56,142 nucleotides of DNA from a virus (taxonomy: Duplodnaviria > Caudoviricetes), in the IMG/VR virus record IMGVR_UViG_3300017910_000401, positions 1 to 56,142 of that record; one strand, written 5' to 3'. The notes under the pieces are model-generated. The model saw only the letters and a program-made list of their open reading frames with translations, had not been told where the DNA came from and did no database searches. The position numbers and the translations under genes were made by a program. Numbering within the stretch: the stretch's first letter is position 1; the number at the start of each line of letters is the position of its first letter. Positions 8,028-15,784 of this stretch are shown in pieces.

Positions 8028-9077
8028 CTAGACTTCTAAGTCTTGATTCCTGATTTTAAAATCGGAATAAGTAGAAGTTTCTGCTAAGTCTGGAATTGCT
8101 CCAATCAAAGAACGAACATAGAAAATCGCAAATTCAGGAGTAGGTAATTTCTCAACATAGTTAAGACTATTTTGAAAATAATTAGCTACATTTGGATTAT
8201 CCATTTCCGATTTAAGAATCGAAACTAATGCACAAACTAGAGCATAAGATTTACCGCCCTCATCAATCATTTCTACGTCTTTGCCTTCACAAATATCTTG
8301 AACATTCGGCAAGTCATTTTTCAAAGACAAAAAGGTAAGAAATTCAATCGAAGCAGTCTCGCCAATATCCCCTTCACAAACTAGTTGCAAAATTTCTTTT
8401 GGCGGATTCGTTTTCAATGTATCAGAAAGACGAACCCAAGAACGTGGACTCGGCTGGGGAGTCGTAATTTTTGGGTCAAAGTCGCAAAGGTACTGAGGCT
8501 CATAACTAATGAATCCCAATACGTCAGGACTTACATCATTCTCAGTCGCCCAAGAAATCCAATCGTTAATGTTTTCATCTACATTCAACATTGTGCATCT
8601 GTCATTGACTTGCGTAGGAATTTTATTTGCTCCTGCTCTGTCAGTTGCCCTGTTTCCTGCACAAACAATTTTCCACCCATCAGGCAAAACGTACTCTCCG
8701 ATTTTTCTTTCATAGAGTAATTGTCCGCACACACACATGACCGAAGAATGAGCCTGAGCAAATTCATCAAAAAATAATATGCCCTCGCCACCAATTGGGA
8801 GATTACCTAAGAAGGCTCTCTTTTGTTGGTTATCTTCGTCTATGTAAGGCAAACCGCCTAAATCAACAGTCTCATAAAGTGACAGTCTAAAATCAATAAA
8901 TCCAAACTGTTTTTTAGTTGGATTGATTGAATTAACAATCTCTCTATCTTCTGCAAATTCTTCGGCTAGTTTCCTAACAATTGCACTTTTTCCAATCCCC
9001 GGTTTCCCTTGCAGGTAAGGGGTATTAGAACCCTTTAATATCGATTTCATCGATAATATAGCTTGACTCGGTTTCAT
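8028..9077 (-). CDS. MoxR/AAA_5-like AAA+ ATPase
   Basis: Walker A GKPGIGKS, Walker B LFFDE, AGNR, PSPRSW. Confidence 0.9.
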   Translation of the reverse strand: MKPSQAILSMKSILKGSNTPYLQGKPGIGKSAIVRKLAEEFAEDREIVNSINPTKKQFGFIDFRLSLYETVDLGGLPYIDEDNQQKRAFLGNLPIGGEGILFFDEFAQAHSSVMCVCGQLLYERKIGEYVLPDGWKIVCAGNRATDRAGANKIPTQVNDRCTMLNVDENINDWISWATENDVSPDVLGFISYEPQYLCDFDPKITTPQPSPRSWVRLSDTLKTNPPKEILQLVCEGDIGETASIEFLTFLSLKNDLPNVQDICEGKDVEMIDEGGKSYALVCALVSILKSEMDNPNVANYFQNSLNYVEKLPTPEFAIFYVRSLIGAIPDLAETSTYSDFKIRNQDLEV

Positions 9078-9130
9078 ATAAGACCTCCATCTTTTATACC
9101 AAGTTAGAATTCGTTAGCAGAATTGCTAAC

Positions 9131-9211
9131 ACCTAGAAGCAACCTTTTTACAGGCTAGACTTAAATCTATTTAATGCTTTTCGCTAGAGTTTCACTAGCA
9201 CGTCAGTAGGT
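9131..9211 (-). ncRNA. Hammerhead ribozyme HH-D (type I, A9U core variant), predicted cut UUC between 9136 and 9135
   Basis: ACCUA-CUGACGU-GCUAG(UGAAACU)CUAGC-GAAA-AGCA...UGCU-UC/UAGGU; overlaps the stop codon of the upstream ORF. Confidence 0.8.
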
Positions 9212-9625
9212 TTCTCTAAGAACTTCTTTTCCTAAAGTTAAATCGTAATGAATCTCCCTCGTTAGTTTAGGACTTTTAGTCTTGTCAATCCTAATCCAAT
9301 TATTAGATTCTTTGTCCTGATAAAGTCTAGGCTCAAAGTAAATATGAGTCTCGTTATCGTTCATTTGATATTTTTCAAATGAGGGAATCCAATCATCAGA
9401 TTCCATTCTCCAATCGATAAAATCATACCTAGTCATTACGTTGTCTTTTTTAATTAATTTAATTAAAGGCAAAATCTCTTTTACCAATTCAAGACTTTCA
9501 CTTGAAGAAATATCCTCAATTACGAACTCAGTTAATCCTTTAGGCTTCCAATAATCATTACCTTCCGCAGGATTTTCTACGTTGTAATTTGCAAATGTCT
9601 GAAAAGTTAATACTAATTTGCTCAT
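9203..9625 (-). CDS. Hypothetical early protein
   Basis: 140 aa, QTFANY...YWKPKG motif, GGAGG RBS. Confidence 0.75.
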   Translation of the reverse strand: MSKLVLTFQTFANYNVENPAEGNDYWKPKGLTEFVIEDISSSESLELVKEILPLIKLIKKDNVMTRYDFIDWRMESDDWIPSFEKYQMNDNETHIYFEPRLYQDKESNNWIRIDKTKSPKLTREIHYDLTLGKEVLRETY

Positions 9626-9680
9626 TTTTTTCTAACCCTCCATTAGTTAGTTATTAAAATAGTTGGCATTATTGCCAACC

Positions 9681-9743
9681 ACCTAGACCAACCCAAATTA
9701 ATTGAGTTGGTTTCGCCTGAATTTCACAGGCTCTTCAGTAGGT
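9681..9743 (-). ncRNA. Hammerhead ribozyme HH-E (canonical type I), predicted cut GUC between 9686 and 9685
   Basis: ACCUA-CUGAAGA-GCCUG(UGAAAUU)CAGGC-GAAA-CCAACUCAA(UUAAU)UUGGGUUGG-UC/UAGGU. Confidence 0.95.
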
Positions 9744-10049
9744 TTAGAATTGTTGAATAACATATCCTCCGCAATCAGTTTCTAAAACTGTGGTCACATC
9801 TTTTATGCTCTCCAATGTTGAATAAATTGTGCTTGTTCCATTGATTGAATAATCAGCAATCAATTCATCAACATTTTTATATTCCGCATAATCACAACAA
9901 ATGGCAATCACATCTAATTCTAAATTTTCCAATTCAGACAAATGCTCGTACAAAGCCTTTAACCCTTCTCTTGAAAAGTTGTTGGCATATTGTCCTGAGT
10001 TTCCAAATTCATTAATGAATTGATTTTCGTTTAAAGTTTTATATATCAT
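9744..10049 (-). CDS. Hypothetical early phage protein
   Basis: 101 aa, NFSREGLKALYE...ELDVIAICCDYAEY motif, GGAGG RBS. Confidence 0.75.
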   Translation of the reverse strand: MIYKTLNENQFINEFGNSGQYANNFSREGLKALYEHLSELENLELDVIAICCDYAEYKNVDELIADYSINGTSTIYSTLESIKDVTTVLETDCGGYVIQQF

Positions 10050-10093
10050 TTTCTATCCTCCACGATAGTTAGATAAGAGACTTAATTGTCTCT

Positions 10094-10159
10094 CCTCCTG
10101 AGTTTCTTGAATCCAATTAAGGATTCTCATTCAGCACGTTAATTCGTGGACTCTGGAGG
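10094..10159 (-). ncRNA. Hammerhead ribozyme HH-F (type III variant with kissing loops), predicted cut GUC between 10149 and 10148
   Basis: CCUCC-A-GAGUC/CACG(AAUUAA)CGUG-CUGAAUGA-GAAUCC(UUAAUU)GGAUUC-AA-GAAACUC-A-GGAGG. Confidence 0.8.
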
Positions 10160-10408
10160 GAGTCTCCCAATCGCAGTAATTATTCCAAACGTCACTACTA
10201 AACCGCAAAAGGGATTACAGGCTTCATGGCTTATGCTCGACCTGTATTGTTCATCGTACCCTGCACGTTGCAGACCTAGAGAACCCTCACTGTTTTAGGA
10301 CAATCGCTGTGAGCCGACCTGCAACAAATGACACTTTAATTCGCATATTGCATGACGAAAGACCCTTAAAAAAGGGAGGGTCAAAAGTCGCTGTTGTCTG
10401 TCCATGCA
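10160..10408 (-). ncRNA. Structured 5' leader or candidate ncRNA of the early operon
   Basis: No credible ORF on this strand; stems UGCAUG/CAUGCA, GACCCU/AGGGUC, GUUGCAGGUC/GGUCUGCAAC (G-U pairs), CUCAC/GUGAG and UACAGG/CCUGUA. Confidence 0.5.
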
Positions 10409-10411
10409 GTA

Positions 10412-10441
10412 ATTATAAACACAAGACACACCAGAACACAA
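10412..10441 (-). promoter_or_regulatory. Candidate early promoter
   Basis: Perfect -10 TATAAT at 10417-10412; weak -35 TTGTGT at 18-nt spacing. Confidence 0.5.
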
Positions 10442-10514
10442 CATCAAGAGCATATTATTTGATAGCACTTTGTGAGCATAGTATTTATTTCACTAGTGAC
10501 AGATAATATCTTGC

Positions 10515-11006
10515 ATGACGCAATCAAAAAAACCTGAACTCAAAATCGTAAAAAAAGAACGTGAACTTACCGCCAAACAAAGAGCCTTTGTACATGAAAT
10601 AGTAAAGGGCAAGTTGGACACTCATATTGACTGCTATATGAAAGTGTATGACGTGGCTAGAACCAAGACAGGAGCAATTCCAAAACACGCCCACGTGGAC
10701 TGCAGTAGGTTAATGAGCAACCCTAAAGTTATCCTAGCAATTAGGAAGGGATTAGAGAGAAAAGAAGCATCAACAGTGGCTTCATCTGTACGAACAAGGA
10801 ACTATGTTCTAGAAAGACTTATGAAGGAGAGCCAAGAAGCAGAATCAGACTCGGCAAGGATATCCGCATTGTCTCTATTAGGTAAAACAGTAAACCTATT
10901 CAGTGACACAGTAGAGATAAAGGACACTAGACCAAGCGAAGACATAGCGGAGGAGATAGAAGAGAAGATACTGAGCCTATTGCAGAAGGAAGAGCCTAAA
11001 ACCTAG
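10515..11006 (+). CDS. terS: Terminase small subunit
   Basis: LTAKQRAFV N-terminus, SRLMSNPKV, RISALSLLGK; lies upstream of terL. Confidence 0.8.
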   Translation: MTQSKKPELKIVKKERELTAKQRAFVHEIVKGKLDTHIDCYMKVYDVARTKTGAIPKHAHVDCSRLMSNPKVILAIRKGLERKEASTVASSVRTRNYVLERLMKESQEAESDSARISALSLLGKTVNLFSDTVEIKDTRPSEDIAEEIEEKILSLLQKEEPKT

Positions 11007-11407
11007 AAAGAACCCCCCTTTTCCGCAACCAAACCACAGGACTACTAAGACCCCATACCCCCCTTTCTACTGTCAAGTACCTAACTATCTATATATACAT
11101 AGTGATTTGCTCACTATAACCCCTATTTTTTCAATACCCCCCCCTATTTTATAGCGTTTTGCTAGCATTTTTGCACTAAATATAGGTTTTTTGTAGAAAA
11201 AGGCTTAGGAATCCTAGTACCCCCCATAATATTTTATAATTTTTTGTTGCTTTTTTTGTGAAGAGGGTGCAATATTGTAAAGTCTGTAGATATATATACC
11301 TAGTACATACCAAATAGGTAGTAAATACTCATTGGGTGCCAACCATTAGGTACTGAGTAAGTTTTTAAATTTATATGGTATTTACTTATTAAGTATATAA
11401 ACGGCTT

Positions 11408-11584
11408 ATGCAAGAATATATTGATTTAATTTTTGATATCTGTGTTTATATTTTACAGGTTATCGGAAATGTAACAGGTATGGGGTATAACCTAGCGAAT
11501 TTAGTGATATTTGTGGTTATTCAGCCTGCTTTAATCTTGCTTTTCTTCGTTTTATGGCGAAGAGCCTTGAAAAAACATGGATAA
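11408..11584 (+). CDS. Small membrane protein (58 aa; not in the ORF track)
   Basis: MQEYIDLIFDICVYILQVIGNVTGMGYNLANLVIFVVIQPALILLFFVLWRRALKKHG; overlaps the terL start. Confidence 0.6.
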   Translation: MQEYIDLIFDICVYILQVIGNVTGMGYNLANLVIFVVIQPALILLFFVLWRRALKKHG

Positions 11585-13073
11585 ATCTATTTTAAGCCAA
11601 GTAAAAAACTTATCTGGCGACCAACAACAAGAATTATTAGCTCTGTTAGAAGAATTAGAGCAAGCCAAAGCCAGAGAAAACTGCCAAAAAGACTTTTTAA
11701 ACTTTGTTGGCGAGATGTGGTCGGCTTTTATACATGGTCATCACCATGAAATAATGGCTAATGCCTTTGAGAGGGTCGCTAAGGGCGATTTAAAGCGTTT
11801 AATTATCAATATGCCTCCTAGACATACCAAGAGTGAGTTCGCCTCTTATTTGCTTCCTGCGTGGTTCTTAGGTAAATATCCAGATAAGAAGATTATTCAG
11901 ACTGCTCACACTGCTGAATTAGCAGTAGGATTTGGTCGAAAGGTCAGAAACCTAGTAAATAGCGATGATTTCAAACAAGTATTTCCTAATGTTAGCTTGC
12001 AATCTGATAGCAAAGCAGCAGGTCGTTGGAATACCAATCAAGGTGGCGATTACTTTGCGATAGGGGTTGGTGGTGCTGTAACTGGTAAAGGTGCGGATTT
12101 ATTGATAATCGATGACCCACATTCTGAACAAGAAGGTGCTAGTGCTGATATCAACGTTTTTAACAGGACTTACGAATGGTATACCTCTGGTCCTAGACAG
12201 CGTTTGCAACCGAATGGTGCCATCGTAGTTGTGATGACAAGGTGGCATAATAAAGATTTAACTGGACAAGTAGTCGATGCTAGCATAAAGCGAGGTGGTG
12301 CAGACCAATGGGAAGTTATAGAACTGCCTGCTATTTTGCCCTCTGGTAAGCCTTTATGGGGTGAGTTCTGGAAAATGGATGAACTCGAAGCGTTACGAGC
12401 TGAATTACCCAATAGCAAATGGATGGCTCAATACCAGCAAGACCCTACTTCTGAAGAAGGTGCTTTAGTCAAAAGGGATTGGTGGCAGGTTTGGGAAGGT
12501 AAAGAACCCCCACAATGCGAGTTTGTTATTCAATCTTGGGATACAGCCTTTATGAAAAATCAAAGAGCTGACTTTTCTGCTTGTACTACATGGGGTGTGT
12601 TCTACAAAGAAGATGACGAGGGTATGGTTGTACCCAATGTAATACTGCTAGATGCCTATCAAGAACGTCTAGAGTTTCCAGAATTAAAGAAAATGGCGAT
12701 GGAAAAGTATAAAGCTTATTCGCCTGATGCTTTCATTGTTGAAGCAAAAGCAGCTGGAATGCCATTAATCTTTGAATTAAGAGCTATGGGTATTCCTGTG
12801 CAAGAATATACTCCAAGCAGGGGTAACGACAAGATATCAAGAGTAAACGCAGTTTCAGACCTATTTGCTTCTGGAGTGGTACACGCACCAGAAACCAGAT
12901 GGGCAGAAGAAGTTGTTGAACAATTCGCAGGTTTTCCTAATATGGAACATGACGATTTAGTTGATAGCACTACGCAAGCTCTGTTAAGATTTAGACAAGG
13001 AGGTTTTATTCCTTTGCACTCAGATGAAGAAGATGAGCCTTTGGAACACAACCGCACCGCAAATTATTACTAA
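11577..13073 (+). CDS. terL: Terminase large subunit
   Basis: NMPPRHTKS Walker A, LIIDDPH Walker B, VMTRWH, SWDTA nuclease motif, HDDLVD. Confidence 0.95.
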   Translation: MDKSILSQVKNLSGDQQQELLALLEELEQAKARENCQKDFLNFVGEMWSAFIHGHHHEIMANAFERVAKGDLKRLIINMPPRHTKSEFASYLLPAWFLGKYPDKKIIQTAHTAELAVGFGRKVRNLVNSDDFKQVFPNVSLQSDSKAAGRWNTNQGGDYFAIGVGGAVTGKGADLLIIDDPHSEQEGASADINVFNRTYEWYTSGPRQRLQPNGAIVVVMTRWHNKDLTGQVVDASIKRGGADQWEVIELPAILPSGKPLWGEFWKMDELEALRAELPNSKWMAQYQQDPTSEEGALVKRDWWQVWEGKEPPQCEFVIQSWDTAFMKNQRADFSACTTWGVFYKEDDEGMVVPNVILLDAYQERLEFPELKKMAMEKYKAYSPDAFIVEAKAAGMPLIFELRAMGIPVQEYTPSRGNDKISRVNAVSDLFASGVVHAPETRWAEEVVEQFAGFPNMEHDDLVDSTTQALLRFRQGGFIPLHSDEEDEPLEHNRTANYY

Positions 13074-13079
13074 TATATT

Positions 13080-15560
13080 ATGGCAATAGAACGCAGACCA
13101 GCTACCCCAGTAGATGGACTTATTGAACAAGATACAGACGAAGAATTATCAATCTCCATTGAAAATCCTGATTCGGTAGCAATAGCTACCGATGACGGAG
13201 GTATGATTATTGATTTTGACCCTGATTCTATGCCAATAGGCGATGAAGGTTTCAATTCAAACTTAGCTGAGTTCATGGATGAAGACAAACTTCAAACACT
13301 TGGCAATGATTTAATAAGTGCTTTTAATGGCGATAAAGAGTCTCGTTCAGAGTGGGAAGAAACCTACACGAAAGGCTTAGACCAGTTAGGATTAAAAATT
13401 GAAGAACGTACAACTCCTTGGGCAGGAGCGTGTGGTGTTTTTCATCCCATGCTAAGTGAAGCTGTTATCAGATTTCAGTCACAGGCAATAACTGAAATAT
13501 TTCCTGCTCAAGGTCCAGTTAGAACTAAAATAGTTGGTAAAATAACTAGTGATAAGGAAAAACAATCACAACGAGTACAGGATTATTTAAATTATTTATT
13601 AACACATGAAATGTCTGAGTATCGCACTGAGACAGAAAAGATGTTGTTTTCTTTACCTTTGGCAGGCTCTGCTTTTCGTAAAGTTTATTTTGACCCAAGC
13701 CTAGATAGACCTAGCTCTATCTTTGTACCAGCTGAAGATGTAGTAGTTAACTATGGCGCAAGTGACTTAGAAACTTGCCAAAGAGCTACTCATGTGATGC
13801 GTAAATCATCTAATGAAGTCAGAAAAATGCAAGTAAATGGCTTTTATAGAGATATAGAATTACCACAACCTTCACAGAATATTTCTGATATTACTAAGAA
13901 ATACAATGACATTACAGGTGAACAAGATACCTACAACTACGATAGCAGTCATACAATCTTAGAAATGCAAGTAGATTTAGATTTAGAAGGTTTTGAAGAC
14001 ACTGATGCTACAGGTAAAAATACAGGAATAGCTATTCCTTATGTAGTCACAATTGACCATCCTAGCGGTAATATTTTAAGTATTCGTAGAAACTATTACG
14101 AAGATGACCCCAAAAAAATTAGACGTATGCACTTTGTGCATTACCAATACTTACCCGGTTTAGGGTTTTATGGGTTCGGTTTAATACATATGGTAGGTGG
14201 ATTAGCTAAATCTGCTACCTCAATTCTCAGACAATTAGTTGATTCAGGAACTCTCTCCAATCTTCCTGGCGGCTTGAAGGCAAGAGGTTTACGCATTAAA
14301 GGCGATGATACCCCCATCATGCCTGGTGAGTTTCGAGATGTTGATGTACCTGGTGGTGCTATAAGAGACAACATTACTTTCTTACCTTACAAAGAGCCGT
14401 CAGGAACCCTGTATCAACTATTGCAAAACATAGTAGAAGAAGGCAGGCGTTTCGCTAGTATTTCAGATATGAAGATATCTGATATGAATAATCAAGCTCC
14501 AGTAGGCACTACGCTAGCTTTGTTAGAAAGGAATCAAAAAGTTATGTCTGCAGTACAAGCAAGGCTTCATGCAGCCATGAAAAAAGAATTAAATATATTA
14601 GTTGGCATAGTTACAGACTTTACTGACCCAAGTTATCCTTATGAAACGGATGAAGAAGAATTTATTAAAAAGTCTGACTTTGATGAAAGAGTAGATGTTA
14701 TACCTGTTTCTGACCCCAATGCTGCAACGATGGCACAAAGAATCATGCAGTATCAAGCAGCTATGCAATTAGCTCAAGGTTCGCCTGATATGTATAACTT
14801 GCCAGAACTACACAGACAAATGTTAGAAGTTTTAGGTATTGATAATGTCGATGAAATCATTCCTGATAATGAAGATATCAAACCAGTTGACCCAGTGACT
14901 GCAGTACAGAATTTAATTAATGGCACACCAGTTAAAGCATTTATACAACAAGACCACGAAGCTCATATAGAAACAGTGGCAGCAGCACAACAAAATCCTG
15001 AGATTATGGCTACTGTACAACAGAGTCCTAATGCTGCAGGAATATTAGCTGCAGCTTCTGCATACGTTAATGAACATCTAACCATGAAGTTCAGAAAAGA
15101 AATAGAAAGAGAGATGGGTATAGAGTTGCCTCCAGAAGGAGAGCCTTTACCTGCTGATATTGAAAAACGTATTTCAAGTCTTGTAGCTGAAGCAGCTAAA
15201 CGAGTTCTTGGTACTTCACAACAAAGAGCAGAACAAGAACGAATTGAAGCACAACAGCAAGACCCTCTAATACAATTAAAAGAAAGAGAAATAGCTGTCA
15301 AAGAAGCTGAAGTACAACGTAAAGCTGAAGATGATAGAAATAGATTACAGTTAGATTCTGCTAAAGCTGCTAACAGAGATGCAATCGAAAGAGAGAGAAT
15401 ATCCAATCAAACAGAAGTTGCAGGTGCAAAAATAGGACAGCAGATTGCTAGCGATTTGCTAGAAAATGAACAGCTACAAAATAAACAAGCTGTAGAAGAT
15501 TTTATGAAAGGTGTTGACATGGCTAAAGATATAGTCAAAGATAGCACCATAGATGAATAA
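13080..15560 (+). CDS. Portal protein
   Basis: 826 aa directly after terL; GSAFRKVYFD, GFYGFGLIH; C-terminal coiled coil as in P22-type portals. Confidence 0.85.
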   Translation: MAIERRPATPVDGLIEQDTDEELSISIENPDSVAIATDDGGMIIDFDPDSMPIGDEGFNSNLAEFMDEDKLQTLGNDLISAFNGDKESRSEWEETYTKGLDQLGLKIEERTTPWAGACGVFHPMLSEAVIRFQSQAITEIFPAQGPVRTKIVGKITSDKEKQSQRVQDYLNYLLTHEMSEYRTETEKMLFSLPLAGSAFRKVYFDPSLDRPSSIFVPAEDVVVNYGASDLETCQRATHVMRKSSNEVRKMQVNGFYRDIELPQPSQNISDITKKYNDITGEQDTYNYDSSHTILEMQVDLDLEGFEDTDATGKNTGIAIPYVVTIDHPSGNILSIRRNYYEDDPKKIRRMHFVHYQYLPGLGFYGFGLIHMVGGLAKSATSILRQLVDSGTLSNLPGGLKARGLRIKGDDTPIMPGEFRDVDVPGGAIRDNITFLPYKEPSGTLYQLLQNIVEEGRRFASISDMKISDMNNQAPVGTTLALLERNQKVMSAVQARLHAAMKKELNILVGIVTDFTDPSYPYETDEEEFIKKSDFDERVDVIPVSDPNAATMAQRIMQYQAAMQLAQGSPDMYNLPELHRQMLEVLGIDNVDEIIPDNEDIKPVDPVTAVQNLINGTPVKAFIQQDHEAHIETVAAAQQNPEIMATVQQSPNAAGILAAASAYVNEHLTMKFRKEIEREMGIELPPEGEPLPADIEKRISSLVAEAAKRVLGTSQQRAEQERIEAQQQDPLIQLKEREIAVKEAEVQRKAEDDRNRLQLDSAKAANRDAIERERISNQTEVAGAKIGQQIASDLLENEQLQNKQAVEDFMKGVDMAKDIVKDSTIDE

Positions 15561-15756
15561 TGAAATCACTGAGCTATCACTTTCAGAACATCTGAAAGTT
15601 AAGTTTAATGAAATCAGAAAAGATTATACTAATCATTTAGGTTCAGGAGCTTGTAGAGATTTTTCTGAATATCAAAAAATGGTTGGTATTATCGAGGGTA
15701 TAAACCTCGCAGAACGAGAACTTGCTGATTATATCGATAGGTTCTTGGAGAAATAG
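15553..15756 (+). CDS. Small hypothetical protein
   Basis: 67 aa, coupled to the portal stop. Confidence 0.65.
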   Translation: MNNEITELSLSEHLKVKFNEIRKDYTNHLGSGACRDFSEYQKMVGIIEGINLAERELADYIDRFLEK

Positions 15757-15784
15757 GAACTCGACTCCTAAAGTCGTGCAACAT

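Noticed and set aside
4555-10159. Intergenic repeats read as a CRISPR array or as integron attC cassette sites
   Set aside because: The repeats are separated by whole genes, no cas or integrase gene is visible, and the conserved bases match the hammerhead core with G-U pairing on one strand only
10270-10326. Twister or pistol ribozyme within the leader
   Set aside because: Only short resemblances (GUCCUAA, GUGAGGG); I could not build the required pseudoknots
10309-10506. 65-aa plus-strand ORF upstream of terS
   Set aside because: GTG start with no RBS; it spans the divergent promoter region and the structured leader on the other strand
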